Shown here in pieces: positions 1-10,868 of a stretch of 64,000 nucleotides of DNA (positions are counted from its first letter, which is position 1; each line of letters starts with the position of its first letter). Both the position numbers and the translations under genes were made by a program. The stretch is taken from NCBI GenBank assembly GCA_964589855.1, contig CAZPVB010000001.1:25622-89621 (forward strand), written 5' to 3'. Origin of the DNA: an uncultured Bacteroidales bacterium (GTDB taxonomy: Bacteria > Bacteroidota > Bacteroidia > Bacteroidales > UBA7960). Under the pieces are notes generated by a model. The model saw nothing but the letters and a program-made list of their open reading frames with translations, had not been told where the DNA came from and did not search any database.

Positions 1-262
1 AGTTTATCCTTGTATCTCCTTCCTTATGGTCTTTGAAGTTTTTGGGGTCGCGTCCCATCACAAAAAGGTTATCATCAAAGAGTCCGACTGCCCTGATATG
101 GTCAACGCCTATTTCCCTGTGTGCAGCATCCAATTGATCGAGACAGTCTTTTCTGCCCATCCACCTCATCTGGTCAATATTTCCCAGACCTTTCCATGTA
201 TGATTGAAATACTGCGATGCCTTATGATATTTAGGTTTGATGAGCAGTTGAGATCTATTCAT
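1..262 (-). CDS. Glycoside hydrolase, GH39-like TIM barrel, N-terminal fragment (gene continues beyond the left edge of the window)
   Basis: I translated the minus strand from the ATG at 262-260: MNRSQLLIKPKYHKASQYFNHTWKGLGNIDQMRWMGRKDCLDQLDAAHREIGVDHIRAVGLFDDNLFVMG... The frame stays open to position 1. The ...LDQLDAAHREIGVDHIRAVGLFDD... segment resembles the N-terminal strand pattern of GH39 xylosidase/iduronidase-type enzymes. The + strand ORF 26..295 is its antisense shadow. Confidence 0.5.
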   Translation of the reverse strand, partial: MNRSQLLIKPKYHKASQYFNHTWKGLGNIDQMRWMGRKDCLDQLDAAHREIGVDHIRAVGLFDDNLFVMGRDPKNFKDHKEGDTRIN

Positions 263-291
263 AAAAGTAAATTCTATTTAAAAGTTCTACA

Positions 292-1944
292 CTAATCGTT
301 TGACTTAATTTCATCAATATCAGTACTGGATTGACCGACGAAGGGATCTGTAAATTCCCAGGTTGAGTTTTGATCCTGACCGGTCTTTTTTTTCCACTTT
401 TTAAAGTTCAGTTGTCCTCCTTGCATCTGCTTTCCGTCAGGAAACTGCTGTTTATTTGAAGGATGATAATAAATGTTGTTATCGGCTTCAATTGTAGTGA
501 TAAAATCGGTGGAAGCCCATGTTGATGGTTTATCAGGATTATTGTACTCAAAGAAGTTGAATAGGGTTTGATGTTCTTCTGTGGCAATTATGTGGTTATT
601 GATTAGTGTCCAGTTTTCACTGTTTATTTCCCAGTTATCATCTTCTTTTACTATTCGGCCATCCTGCCCAAGACTAATTTGTCGATCATTGCCATATATA
701 ACTGAATTATTTATACTTACATTTGAATGACCATATCCTTTGATGCCAATATCATTGTTTTTGATGACGCAATTTTCTATCATGCCGGGTTTGCGGCTAC
801 CCTCTAACATAATACCAGATTCCTGGTTATTTTCAATCAGTGAATTTTTAATTACATAATCTTTATTATCCCAGTCAAACCATATTGCATGGCAATAATT
901 ATTGAATACTTTCAGATTTTCGAGAATAAAATTACTGTTCCCCCCAAAAACTTTAATACCAGCGGCATCATGGGCAATAATCCTGGGTGCATTGGCCCGC
1001 CAGTTGTTTCCGTATATTTCAATATCTTTAATATGTACATTCACCCCGTTCCATGAACCCATACCTCTTTCTCCGTTATGGCGAATTATGATATCATTCA
1101 CCCTCACATTTTTGCATTTCTCCAGTTCCAGGCCCACACCATTGTTCCATTGAAAAATGCAATCTTCAATAATAAGATTTTCGGTCTCAAAAATGGTGAG
1201 TGCGTCCTGGTGCATCGTATTGGCGGTATGTTGAAAAACCAATCCCTTTAGGACCAGTCCTTCTCCATTGTGCACTGTTGCCCTTACCAGACTGCCATTT
1301 CGCCCCAGATCATAAATATCATATCCTCTGCAGGCAACCTCTACCAAAGAGTTTTCAGGATCAATTCCTGCATCAGGTTTTAAAAATATCTTGTTGTTTT
1401 CCTCATCAACGAAAAAAGAATTCCCGGCAAGATCACTTTTATTCAGTACCTGTTTTACAGGTTCTCCGTTTATAAAAATCATCTCCCTTCGGCGTTGATA
1501 CTGACTAAGATTGCAAGGTCCGAAACAGAAATCTGAGTCATCAAATAAGCCCCAATCATAAAACCAGTCGTGGGAATACAGTCCGTCCTCCTTTACCCAG
1601 TTTTTAAACTCATCGCTACCGGTAATGAATACCTCACCAGGGGTTTCTGCTTCCAGTATCAATAGTTGATTTGTATTTATATCAAGGTAAGACCGGTAGT
1701 GACCCGCGGACAGGATGATTCTGGAAGGAATATTTTTAGACCGCTCTATTGCGTATTGAAGTGTTAAAAGTGGTTTATCCGGCATTGTTCCTGCATTCCA
1801 ATCGCATGCCTCAGGGTGTTGATTGTTTACATAAAGGGTAAGTTCTGCCTTATCGAAATCAATTTCAGCGAATCCATAAGCATAGGAACAAAGAATAAAC
1901 AAGGTAACAGAAACAGTAAAACTCTTTAAGGTTGTTACTTTCAT
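292..1944 (-). CDS. Secreted right-handed parallel beta-helix protein (uncharacterised family, paralogue of 31097..33229)
   Basis: 550 aa with a signal peptide (MKVTTLKSFTVSVTLFILCSYAYG). Repetitive NxxIxxN-type beta-helix turns are present (IIEDCIFQWNNGVGL, VNDIIIRHNGERGMG, IKNSLIENNQESGIML, IENCVIKNNDIGI). It aligns by eye over nearly its whole length with the 31097 protein. It is the last full gene of PUL A. Confidence 0.8.
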   Translation of the reverse strand: MKVTTLKSFTVSVTLFILCSYAYGFAEIDFDKAELTLYVNNQHPEACDWNAGTMPDKPLLTLQYAIERSKNIPSRIILSAGHYRSYLDINTNQLLILEAETPGEVFITGSDEFKNWVKEDGLYSHDWFYDWGLFDDSDFCFGPCNLSQYQRRREMIFINGEPVKQVLNKSDLAGNSFFVDEENNKIFLKPDAGIDPENSLVEVACRGYDIYDLGRNGSLVRATVHNGEGLVLKGLVFQHTANTMHQDALTIFETENLIIEDCIFQWNNGVGLELEKCKNVRVNDIIIRHNGERGMGSWNGVNVHIKDIEIYGNNWRANAPRIIAHDAAGIKVFGGNSNFILENLKVFNNYCHAIWFDWDNKDYVIKNSLIENNQESGIMLEGSRKPGMIENCVIKNNDIGIKGYGHSNVSINNSVIYGNDRQISLGQDGRIVKEDDNWEINSENWTLINNHIIATEEHQTLFNFFEYNNPDKPSTWASTDFITTIEADNNIYYHPSNKQQFPDGKQMQGGQLNFKKWKKKTGQDQNSTWEFTDPFVGQSSTDIDEIKSND

Positions 1945-2089
1945 TGTGATTGAATTTATTTGGGCAAAGTTTCTCTTGCGGACTTAAAAGCCCTTGCTGA
2001 TTATTTTCAGTAAAAGTTGAAGTGGATTTTAATTATTTGTCGTTATCCCCGGATAAACGAATTAAAAGTTTTGGTAGTGATGGTAGTAA

Positions 2090-2113
2090 GCAGAGGGAAA
2101 CGTTTCCCTCTGC
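2090..2113 (-). terminator. Perfect 24-nt palindrome downstream of the PUL A lipoprotein gene (hairpin / possible terminator)
   Basis: The sequence is GCAGAGGGAAAC|GTTTCCCTCTGC, about 75 nt 3' of the stop codon at 2187 on the minus strand. There is no clear U-run, which is common in Bacteroidota. Confidence 0.4.
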
Positions 2114-2186
2114 TCACATGGTAAAAGATTGAAAAAGACCAATTACAATTTATGCAGATAATAAATCTTTCACCTTCCAATAATTA

Positions 2187-3266
2187 CTACTCTACCAAAT
2201 TGGTTATTCTCAGGTTTTTGAGATATATTTTATGGGAATCCCAGTTAGGTTGTCCGTAAGCAGGAACAAGCCATGCAAAATCAACTTCATCTGATGTTGC
2301 ATCCATACCTTCGTTGCTATTGATAGTATCTACTTCTGCCTGATCGTCGGCAGCAAAATAAAGGGTTTCCCATGTGTCAGGAGTGCTAACAAATGCTTCC
2401 TTGGCCATGAACCAACCTTTTTTATCACCCGATTCTTTAAATTTTGTCAGATTTCCGAAGCGGAACTGGAACTTCACACCTTCGTCTTCACTCAGATCAC
2501 TGAAAGATTCCGGACTATCAGGATCAGTTTCATAGTATACATCAACGGCAACCACTCTTTGTCCTGCTTTTACAAGATCTAGTTCCTCAGAAGAAGGTTG
2601 AGTCATACCCTCGCCATACCATCCGAAAACGGGAATCATATATCCATCCCATGCTACGCTTCCGTCATCCTCGAGAATAGAGAGTCTGGTCATCATTAAA
2701 CCGGTACCTCCGTCAGGAAGATCGGCAGCAAAATTCCAGTTGTCATCTGCATAACCTCCACGGCATGTTACGTAAACAGATGGAGATGCATCACCACCGT
2801 TATAAGTAGCACCCGGCATAGGATTAATGGCATCGCCTTCCCACCAATCGCCCCACATGGCTTCGTCGGCAATTTTAGTGCTGAAATCTGCTAAAAAATA
2901 ATCAGGTCTGATGAAGCTTACCTGGGTAATAGCATCTAAAGTCATGTCTTGCTGATCTACAACAGTGAAGGTAAGTTGCGCATCCTGATCAGCATCAGCA
3001 GGAAAAGTATATTGATACGTGATCGTATCATTGAAAGTACCTTCTTCAAAGGTTGCAATTTCAGTGCTGTTTAACGTAACCGACTTAAGATCTCCAGCTA
3101 CAATAATAGTGTAATCAATCGTACTTCCTGGCTCGCTTTCGGTCAATAAAGGATCAACAGAGATAGAAAGATCTGGTGCTTCCGGACCATCGTCGTCGTT
3201 ACAGCTTACAAATAAAGCAGCAGGAACGAAAAGAATTGCTAAAAAATAAATCAAATGTTTTTTCAT
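2187..3266 (-). CDS. Surface lipoprotein, candidate glycan-binding protein (SusE/F-position gene)
   Basis: 359 aa with a lipoprotein signal peptide (LFVSC NDDD). It lies directly downstream of SusD. It is acidic, with an Ig-like N-terminal part and an aromatic-rich C-terminal part (WGDWWEGD, FGWYGEG). I recognise no catalytic motif. Confidence 0.6.
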   Translation of the reverse strand: MKKHLIYFLAILFVPAALFVSCNDDDGPEAPDLSISVDPLLTESEPGSTIDYTIIVAGDLKSVTLNSTEIATFEEGTFNDTITYQYTFPADADQDAQLTFTVVDQQDMTLDAITQVSFIRPDYFLADFSTKIADEAMWGDWWEGDAINPMPGATYNGGDASPSVYVTCRGGYADDNWNFAADLPDGGTGLMMTRLSILEDDGSVAWDGYMIPVFGWYGEGMTQPSSEELDLVKAGQRVVAVDVYYETDPDSPESFSDLSEDEGVKFQFRFGNLTKFKESGDKKGWFMAKEAFVSTPDTWETLYFAADDQAEVDTINSNEGMDATSDEVDFAWLVPAYGQPNWDSHKIYLKNLRITNLVE

Positions 3267-3312
3267 GATAAATGTGTTTTTAAGTTAATGTTTAATGAAT
3301 TGGAAAAGGTTA

Positions 3313-4932
3313 TTAATTATATCCAGGGTTTTGTATTATGACTCCATCTGTTTCTTCAATCACATATTGGGGTATGGGTAATAGAAGTCGGTCCTCAGTA
3401 ATATTTGATTTTCCCTGCGTCTGCATAACCTGAATAGCTCTTTGTGGTCTTCTTATCAGGTCAAACCATCTCTGCCCTTCAAAAGCAAGTTCAAGTCTTC
3501 TTTCATGATATACTTTATCCAGAAACTGCATGTAATCCAGATCAATATAATCAATGTCTGATGTTTCATGAATGGGCAGCCCCAAAGCACGTCTTTTAAT
3601 TTTGTTCAGGTATTCGTATGCATCGGGGGTAGGCCCGTTATTGATCTCATTTTCGGTTTCAGCAAACATCAGATATACATCTGCAAGTCTTAAGATGAAA
3701 AAGTTATCATCAGCTTCGCCGTTCTCCGTTTCTTCATAATCTTTATATTTGTTTACATTGAATGGTGCAATATCATAATCAACAGGCAGTCCCTCTTCTT
3801 CTGCAGTATTATAATAGTCAAGAATGGTTACTTCTTTGCGCAAATCACCTTCGCCAAATAATTCAACAATAGAAGTGCCAGCAGGTACATTGTAGTTTTC
3901 GCCTCTGGGATCATTTGATGTGGTTGGTATTCCGATGCCAAAACCGCCCCTGGCAAATGCACCTTCTTCATCACCCATGTAAGCAGATCCTCTGAACCTT
4001 GGCATGTACGAATTATTATAATAACTCCCTATTCCGTTTCTTTGTGGTTTATACACTCCTAATCCATATCCTTCTCTTTCATAGAAATGCTGACCTGACA
4101 TAAAGTTGATTTCAAAAATAGACTCCTTCCCAAATTCATTTTCTCTTGTAAACAAATCAGCAAAGTTCTCTTCCAGTGAAAACTGATTGGAGTTGATAAT
4201 TTCCCATAAAATATCTCTGGATTTCGCAAAATTTCCCGAATCAAATGATCCCATGGTCAGGTAAACCTTAGCCAACAATGCTTTTGCTGCCCAGTTGGTA
4301 ACTCTTGCAATATCTTCATTGCCCCATGATGAAGGTAGTTTTTCTACAGCAAACAGCAAATCAGGAATAATGCCCTCTTCATAAACTTCTTTATAGGGTG
4401 TTCTTGGGATGCTTGCTTCTTTAGGGTCGGTTATCTCTTCCAGAATTAGAGGAACATCTCCATACAATCTCACCAGGTTGAAATAAAACAATGCACGTAA
4501 GAACCGACTTTGCGCTTCAATCTGTATTTTAAAATTATCATTTAAAGAAGTTGCCTTTACCCTTTCAATGGTGGTATTTGCTCTTGCGATGCCAATATAA
4601 CTGCTGGAAAAAATATTCATGGTAGTATAACTCTCGGAGGACATAGTAAAGTTGTCAATGTCATTGCCCAGCAAAGAGTTATAAAGAGCATCATCTCCGG
4701 GATTAGCATCATCAGAAGCAATTTCGAGGTATCTTACTAAAATTCCATTGTAATAATCGGCGCGAACGAGAAGATTATAAACCCCTGCCAGGGCCATGTC
4801 AAAATCATTTTCGGTTTGAAAAAAGTTTTCGATGGTAGAAGCCGCCGGATTATCTCTTTCAAGGAAATCATCGCTACATTGGCAGAAAAGTACGGTAAAG
4901 AAAAGGATAATTATACGTTGTAACTTATTCAT
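3313..4932 (-). CDS. susD: SusD/RagB-family outer-membrane glycan-binding lipoprotein (PUL A)
   Basis: 539 aa with a lipoprotein signal (LFCQC SDD). It has typical SusD segments: FLRALFYFNLVRLYGDVPL, ADVYLMFAE, ERRLELAFEGQRWFDLIR. It starts 12 nt after the SusC stop. Confidence 0.95.
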   Translation of the reverse strand: MNKLQRIIILFFTVLFCQCSDDFLERDNPAASTIENFFQTENDFDMALAGVYNLLVRADYYNGILVRYLEIASDDANPGDDALYNSLLGNDIDNFTMSSESYTTMNIFSSSYIGIARANTTIERVKATSLNDNFKIQIEAQSRFLRALFYFNLVRLYGDVPLILEEITDPKEASIPRTPYKEVYEEGIIPDLLFAVEKLPSSWGNEDIARVTNWAAKALLAKVYLTMGSFDSGNFAKSRDILWEIINSNQFSLEENFADLFTRENEFGKESIFEINFMSGQHFYEREGYGLGVYKPQRNGIGSYYNNSYMPRFRGSAYMGDEEGAFARGGFGIGIPTTSNDPRGENYNVPAGTSIVELFGEGDLRKEVTILDYYNTAEEEGLPVDYDIAPFNVNKYKDYEETENGEADDNFFILRLADVYLMFAETENEINNGPTPDAYEYLNKIKRRALGLPIHETSDIDYIDLDYMQFLDKVYHERRLELAFEGQRWFDLIRRPQRAIQVMQTQGKSNITEDRLLLPIPQYVIEETDGVIIQNPGYN

Positions 4933-4943
4933 AACTATAACTT

Positions 4944-7900
4944 TTAAAAGATTGCACTGATATTAAAAATAATTGATCTTGCCAGGGGATATGCTCCAAG
5001 ATCGTAACCCGGGAAATAAGCAGATTGAGCATTGGAGCTAACTTCGGGATCAAAACCTGTGTAGTTGGTTAAAGTGAAAAGATTCTGCCCTGTTACACTC
5101 ATCTTAAATCTGCTGATATTAAGATGATTAACCCATGAATCGGGTAAAGTATATGAAACAGTTAGATTTCTTAATCTCAGGAAGGAACCATCTTCAATCC
5201 ATCTGTCGCTGTAAAACCGCCAGTTTTGATTGGGATCAAAGCGGGTGGCCCTTGGGGTTTTACCATCGCCTGGCTGGCTTTCAGAAACCCATCGGTTAAG
5301 CGTTGTTGCAGTTTGGTTGCGATCTCCCAACATACCCTCGAGATAATATCGTGTAGAATTGAAAACTTCATTGCCAGTCTGGACATAGACAAAGGCACTT
5401 AATTCAAATTGTTTCCAGCTAAACCGGTTGGTAAATCCCAGGGTTAGTTTGGGCATCGCATTTCCGATAACAGTTCGGTCATTGGTAGTTATACTTCCAT
5501 CACCATCCACATCTACATATCTGATGTCTCCGGCTTGCGCCTCGGGTTGAATGGGTTGACCCATGGAATTTACATATGCATCTACTTCCTGTTGGTTTAA
5601 AAATACGCCATCGGTTTTGTATCCATAAAAGTTTCCTAAAGGTTGCCCGTTTACCAGGTAAGTTTGCCCGGCTCTACCGTTGGCTGCAGATTCCATTATA
5701 AAACCTTCGTCACCCCGGGGGAAAGAAACCACTGTGTTTTCATTCAGGGCAAAGGTAAGATCTGACAACCATCTGAAATTGGGGGTAGATATCAATCGCC
5801 CGCTCAACAATAGTTCTAACCCCTGGTTTTCAATAACACCTGCATTTTCCCAATAGGAGTCAGAATACCCGGCCAAAATCGGTGGATTCATATCTACAAG
5901 TACCCCGGTGGTTTTTTTCCTGTAATAATCCAGTGTAATTTCGAAACGATCATCCAGAATACCTATATCAAGACCAAGATTACCTTGTGCAGTTTCTTCC
6001 CAGCTAAGGGCATTATTAGGGATGGAAAGGGGCCAGGTGCCCATATAAGGTGTGTTCCGTCCAAAACCATATGCCACCTGAGGAACGGCTGTTTGGGCAG
6101 TTGCTGCATAATTACTTATTTCCTGGTTTCCAGAGAGGCCATAGGAATACCTGATCATTATATTACTGAATGTAGTAACATTGGATAAAAACTCTTCATC
6201 GGATAATCTCCACCCTGCTGAAAATGCGGGAAAAATTCCATATCGGTTGTCTTTACCAAATCGTGAGGAACCATCCCTGCGAAGAGTAAAGGAAGTGAGG
6301 TATTTTTCGGCGTAATTATAGTTGATCCGGGCAAACATAGACAAAAGAGCATACTCAGAAAACATACCCCCCGAATCTCCATCCACTTCAAGAGCATTGT
6401 CCAGGGTATTATTGTCAATGTTTGAGAAATTCTTCTTTGACAGGTAAGTAAATTCTCTGTGAAACTCTTGTGCGCTGTACCCTGCCAATGCATCCAGGTT
6501 ATGGTTATTACCCATTTCAACTGAATAATTCAATGTGTTTTCCAGCAGCCACATATTCTCTACGATGTTCATTTGACTCCTGCTGGAGTTGGCCGGATCA
6601 AAACCTTCGCGGTTTAAAACCGGGGTAAAAAGATTCCCTTTGTTGTCGTTATAATCAAAACCTGCATTTAACTTATAGGTTAAGTTCTCCAGTAAAGAAA
6701 CTTCAGTAAACAAATTCCCAATAACTCTGTTGTTGGCGGTATTCATTTCGTTGAGTTCAATAGGGATCAGAGGGTTTCTTACATTTGCAAAATAACCCGG
6801 CACACCCACCGAGAGCGAACCATCGTCGCGACGTGGCGAAATTACAGGGAGATAAGACAGGGCGGGCGTGATAATGGCCCCCGAACCTTCAATGCCATCA
6901 GATGGGATAAGATTGCTTAAGCTGCGTGCCAAAGAAACTGATGATCCGAAACTGATCCTGTCACTAATACTATAATTGGTGTTCAACCGCATTGAATACC
7001 TGCTGAAATCTGATCCTTTGATAATTCCCTGTTGATCATAAACACCTGCCATGATCGCATAATTGCCCTTTTCGGTTCCGCTGGATATGGATAACTGATA
7101 ATTTTGCATGGGTGCTGTTTGTAAGATCTGATCCTGCCAGTCGGTTCCCTCTCCCAGTCTTTGTCCTACCAAATTGGGGTCGATAAAAGGTGGTATTTCC
7201 GTAAAATACTCATCTTCTCCCAGATAAACACGTAATCCAGAATTCAGGGCAGCATCTCTGGACAGTGAAGCAAATTGCTGCGCATTCAATAGGTCATATC
7301 TTTTTGATATTTGCTGCAATCCAAAAAAGGTTTCAAAGGATACCCTTGTTTGCCCTTCCTTGCCTCTTCGGGTGGTGATCAGAACAACTCCGTTTGCTCC
7401 CCTTGATCCGTATATAGAAGTTGCCGATGCATCTTTCAGTACGGTAATGCTTTCAATATCGGATGGGTTGAGCGAAGCCAGCACATTCTGGGGCTGCCCC
7501 CCACCACTGGGACTTAACACAGCACTCAAGCTGTTATCATTGTATATAGGAACCCCATCAATTACATAAAGTGGTTCGTTGCTGGTTCCACTGGTTGCTC
7601 CTCTCACCCTTACTGTTACGGATCCGCCGGGAGCAGATGAGTTCTGTGTGATCACAACCCCCGCTAGCCGCCCCTGCATGGTTTGATCAAAGCTGGTTAC
7701 GGCCATTTCCCTGATATCTTCAGATCGCATGTGAGAAACAGAACCAGTTACATTGCGTTCCTTCTGTGTACCATAACCCATTACAACTACCCCTTCAAGC
7801 ATTTCTATTGAGGGTGATAGTTCTACTGTAATATTTTCACCTTGTTCCACCATTACTTCCTCGGCAAGGTAACCGATATAAGATACCCTTAGTGTGGTTG

Positions 7901-8180
7901 GTCCGTTGGGTATTTCAAGACTAAACTTCCCGTCAATATCGGTTACGGTTCCTGTTGTTGTTCCTTTGATTACAACATTTACACCTACCAGTAATTCCCC
8001 GGTAAAAGAATCTTTAACGGTACCGGTTACAGATTTATCCTGTATTATTTCGGAATCGTTTGCATAAGTGGATACTGTTGAAAAGCAAAGTAAGGTGGTG
8101 GTAAACAATCCAATTACAAGTAATAGTATTGGATGTGATTCGGGCATAAAAATTTTCAGGATTTGATTGTTTGTTGTCAT
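4944..8180 (-). CDS. susC: SusC-type TonB-dependent outer-membrane transporter (PUL A)
   Basis: 1078 aa. It has a carboxypeptidase-regulatory-like domain (VTGTVKDSFTGELLVGVNVVIKGTTTGTVTDIDGKFSL) and a plug region (VVVMGYGTQKERNVTGSV). The SusC signature ITVLKDASATSIYGSRGANGVVLITTRRGK is present, and the C-terminal residue is F. Confidence 0.95.
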   Translation of the reverse strand: MTTNNQILKIFMPESHPILLLVIGLFTTTLLCFSTVSTYANDSEIIQDKSVTGTVKDSFTGELLVGVNVVIKGTTTGTVTDIDGKFSLEIPNGPTTLRVSYIGYLAEEVMVEQGENITVELSPSIEMLEGVVVMGYGTQKERNVTGSVSHMRSEDIREMAVTSFDQTMQGRLAGVVITQNSSAPGGSVTVRVRGATSGTSNEPLYVIDGVPIYNDNSLSAVLSPSGGGQPQNVLASLNPSDIESITVLKDASATSIYGSRGANGVVLITTRRGKEGQTRVSFETFFGLQQISKRYDLLNAQQFASLSRDAALNSGLRVYLGEDEYFTEIPPFIDPNLVGQRLGEGTDWQDQILQTAPMQNYQLSISSGTEKGNYAIMAGVYDQQGIIKGSDFSRYSMRLNTNYSISDRISFGSSVSLARSLSNLIPSDGIEGSGAIITPALSYLPVISPRRDDGSLSVGVPGYFANVRNPLIPIELNEMNTANNRVIGNLFTEVSLLENLTYKLNAGFDYNDNKGNLFTPVLNREGFDPANSSRSQMNIVENMWLLENTLNYSVEMGNNHNLDALAGYSAQEFHREFTYLSKKNFSNIDNNTLDNALEVDGDSGGMFSEYALLSMFARINYNYAEKYLTSFTLRRDGSSRFGKDNRYGIFPAFSAGWRLSDEEFLSNVTTFSNIMIRYSYGLSGNQEISNYAATAQTAVPQVAYGFGRNTPYMGTWPLSIPNNALSWEETAQGNLGLDIGILDDRFEITLDYYRKKTTGVLVDMNPPILAGYSDSYWENAGVIENQGLELLLSGRLISTPNFRWLSDLTFALNENTVVSFPRGDEGFIMESAANGRAGQTYLVNGQPLGNFYGYKTDGVFLNQQEVDAYVNSMGQPIQPEAQAGDIRYVDVDGDGSITTNDRTVIGNAMPKLTLGFTNRFSWKQFELSAFVYVQTGNEVFNSTRYYLEGMLGDRNQTATTLNRWVSESQPGDGKTPRATRFDPNQNWRFYSDRWIEDGSFLRLRNLTVSYTLPDSWVNHLNISRFKMSVTGQNLFTLTNYTGFDPEVSSNAQSAYFPGYDLGAYPLARSIIFNISAIF

Positions 8181-8287
8181 ACTTATAAGATGGATAGTGT
8201 TTTAATGAAAATAAGTAGTGTTGTTTTTAATTGTCGATAAAATTATTATAAAGTTAAAACTGTTGTTTTTCCATCAGTCCGAATTAT

Positions 8288-8301
8288 TGTTCTGAGCGTC
8301 C
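8288..8301. promoter_or_regulatory. Candidate operator motif TGTTCTGAGCGTCC upstream of susC of PUL A
   Basis: 13 of 14 positions are identical to 12420-12433 (TGTTCTAAGCGTCC). A GTCCGAA heptamer at 8277-8283 recurs at 12430-12436. The motif lies 108-121 nt upstream of the susC ATG (8180). Confidence 0.4.
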
Positions 8302-8336
8302 ATAATCAAATAAACTACTGATAATCAATTTTATAA

Positions 8337-10730
8337 TTATCTGATCTCAGCATCTACAATCAACTCTTTACTATACTCAATCATTTCCTTAGGTATAAGG
8401 GATTTTTTCAGATATTGACCATTGACCTTTAAGAGAGTGTTCCCTTTGCAGATACCCTTGGTTTTCTTCATACTGATTTTAATTTTACATCCTCTGAAGA
8501 TTCTTTCCACCATGGTTTCTTCCCAATCGGAGGGCAGGCAGGGGTCAATGCGCAAACCTTCCCATTCCGGACGAATCCCCAGAATATACTGTGTTGCGGC
8601 AATATACATCCAACTTGCCGTGCCTGTAAGCCATGAAACATTTGCCAGTCCAAACTTATCTGAGTCGGGTCCGAAAAGATTGGAAACATATACATAAGGT
8701 TCCGCTTTGTATCGCCATGGGCCTGCTTTGCGCATTGCAACCTCAGGAATTAGCTGCTGGAAATATTTCCAGGCAATATCGCCTCTTCCCAGCATACATT
8801 CTGCTATGATAGCCCATGTATTGGCATGGCAGAAAACAGCCGCATTTTCTCCTGTGCCTTTGTTATAATGTGTAAGCGGGTCTTTGGGATCAGGAAATGT
8901 GGTTACAGGTGGATCGATGAGTTTAATACCCAAATCAGAATCCAGTTTTTTCTTCACCGTATGCATGCACTGAACCGCTCTCTCAGGCGTTGCGAATCCC
9001 GAATAAACCGACCATGACTGTGCATTGAGCCAAACTTTTGCCTCAGGGTTTTCCATGGTGCCCAGAAAAAGTCCGTTGTCCATAATGGCTCTGCGATACC
9101 ATTCACCATCCCAGCCAATATTGTTCACAATACGTTTTTGCTCATCGTAAATGTCTTTATACCAGGCAGCATCATCATATTTATTGAGTAACCGGGCTAG
9201 TTCGGCCATTTTGGGGAGAATAACCCCCAACTGCATGGATGTCCAGAAACTTTCGCCTTTTCCTTCCCTGCACACTTTAAACATCTGATCATTCCAATCG
9301 GAGCGCAGCATTAATGGTAAACCATTTCTACCTATATTCTGCATGGTAAACTCCACAGCACTCTTCAAATGATCGTAAACAGTAGCCTGTCCGCCATCAT
9401 AAAAAGGAACCATTTCATTCAGAAAGTCTGTTTTCCCTTCTTCCATCACAATACTCCACACCGAGAGTGCCGGCCAAAGATGATCATCCGAATGGATAGT
9501 GGTTACCGGATCCCATCCTTCATAGGGGAAGAAGTAGTGGTTGGCATGACCATCCTGGTATTGCTCTTTGAGCAATATCCGCATCTTTTCTTTGGCACTT
9601 TCCAAATCAAGCGGTACCTGAGACAAAACATCCTGGGAAGTATCTCTGTAACCAACCCCTCTGAAAGTACCTGTGGCATAGTAACTGATGTTTCTTGAAA
9701 ATAGGAAATTACGCTGTGCCTGGTAGGGGTTCCAGAAATTGATCATGCGTTTTGCATTTTCGTGAGGCACTTCACAATGAAAACCTTTGAAATAATTACT
9801 CCAGCCGTTCTGAAGTTTGGAAAAAGATTTTCGCACGTAATCTTTTTCACGTAAGTGATTTAATATTCTGCTTATATCACTTTCTGACATCTCACACCCC
9901 AAATACACGTTCACCGTTTTTTCTTCACCGGGTTGCAGATTCACTTCCATTTGTAATGCACCGCAGGGATCACCACCAAACAATGTTGAGTTAGTACATT
10001 CAGATTGCTCTACCACAAATGGATCTGATTCAGACCGGTAAGTACCTATAAACTCATCCCTGTCGCCATCATACCCTTTAAGTGGCTGATCGCTTGCCAG
10101 GTAAACCAGTGGAGTTTCATCTGGTTTGGGTTGATTTTCCACCCCGTATTTAAAAATCAGGCTTTTCACGTTATCAAGATAGTAAACACTCATCTGGTGT
10201 TTCATATAGCAAACCCAGGACACTTCTCTTAAAAACTCCATCATCCCGAACTCCACGTAAGTAAATATGTCGTAGTTTTTAACATCGGGGGTAAGATTTT
10301 TAAGTTTCAGATTCCAAACCAGGACATTATCTGAAGGGGACACAAAATAATTTAACCGGGCACTTAAACCATCGTTTTGTGCCATAAACCGTGTATAACC
10401 CGCTCCGTGTGCAGCACTCCACGACTCTGGTCTGGTAGGTGCAGGAGCATTGGTTGGACACCAGTATTGTTTATTTTCCTTATTTCTCAAATACAGATAC
10501 ATACCCGATCTGTCGTGCGGAAGATGGTAAAACCGGTACCTGTTGATGCGCCATATCTGTGGTGATTTGTAAAATGCCACCGCTCCACCCGCCTGCGATA
10601 TCATGGTGTGAAATGTACCATTGGACAGATAGTTCATCCATGGTGTAGGTGTATCATATCTTTTAATCAGTACCTCTTTGTTTGTATCGTCAAATTCAAA
10701 ATAGGAATCGGTATTATCTCTTTCTTGCAT
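8337..10730 (-). CDS. GH94-family glycoside phosphorylase (cellobiose/chitobiose phosphorylase-like), cytoplasmic
   Basis: 797 aa with no signal peptide. Family-typical segments are YDTPTPWMNYLSNG, GYDGDRDEFIG, TTIHSDDHLWP, NTWAIIAE and GIRPEWEGLRIDPCLP. Length and domain order match the roughly 800-aa disaccharide phosphorylases. Confidence 0.8.
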   Translation of the reverse strand: MQERDNTDSYFEFDDTNKEVLIKRYDTPTPWMNYLSNGTFHTMISQAGGAVAFYKSPQIWRINRYRFYHLPHDRSGMYLYLRNKENKQYWCPTNAPAPTRPESWSAAHGAGYTRFMAQNDGLSARLNYFVSPSDNVLVWNLKLKNLTPDVKNYDIFTYVEFGMMEFLREVSWVCYMKHQMSVYYLDNVKSLIFKYGVENQPKPDETPLVYLASDQPLKGYDGDRDEFIGTYRSESDPFVVEQSECTNSTLFGGDPCGALQMEVNLQPGEEKTVNVYLGCEMSESDISRILNHLREKDYVRKSFSKLQNGWSNYFKGFHCEVPHENAKRMINFWNPYQAQRNFLFSRNISYYATGTFRGVGYRDTSQDVLSQVPLDLESAKEKMRILLKEQYQDGHANHYFFPYEGWDPVTTIHSDDHLWPALSVWSIVMEEGKTDFLNEMVPFYDGGQATVYDHLKSAVEFTMQNIGRNGLPLMLRSDWNDQMFKVCREGKGESFWTSMQLGVILPKMAELARLLNKYDDAAWYKDIYDEQKRIVNNIGWDGEWYRRAIMDNGLFLGTMENPEAKVWLNAQSWSVYSGFATPERAVQCMHTVKKKLDSDLGIKLIDPPVTTFPDPKDPLTHYNKGTGENAAVFCHANTWAIIAECMLGRGDIAWKYFQQLIPEVAMRKAGPWRYKAEPYVYVSNLFGPDSDKFGLANVSWLTGTASWMYIAATQYILGIRPEWEGLRIDPCLPSDWEETMVERIFRGCKIKISMKKTKGICKGNTLLKVNGQYLKKSLIPKEMIEYSKELIVDAEIR

Positions 10731-10868
10731 AAAATTTTATGAAATGATTATTAGATTGAAAATTAAATTCTTAAATCAGAAAATGCACATCTGTAATGTT
10801 TAAAAGCATCAGACATACTGATTGGATGTAGGTGGAGTGGAAATTTGCTTTTGCTCATTTATACCTTT

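Noticed and set aside
26-295. 89-aa + strand ORF at the left edge
   Set aside because: It is antisense to a better-supported minus-strand gene start (ATG 262, GH39-like N-terminus, open to position 1). It has no recognisable motifs.
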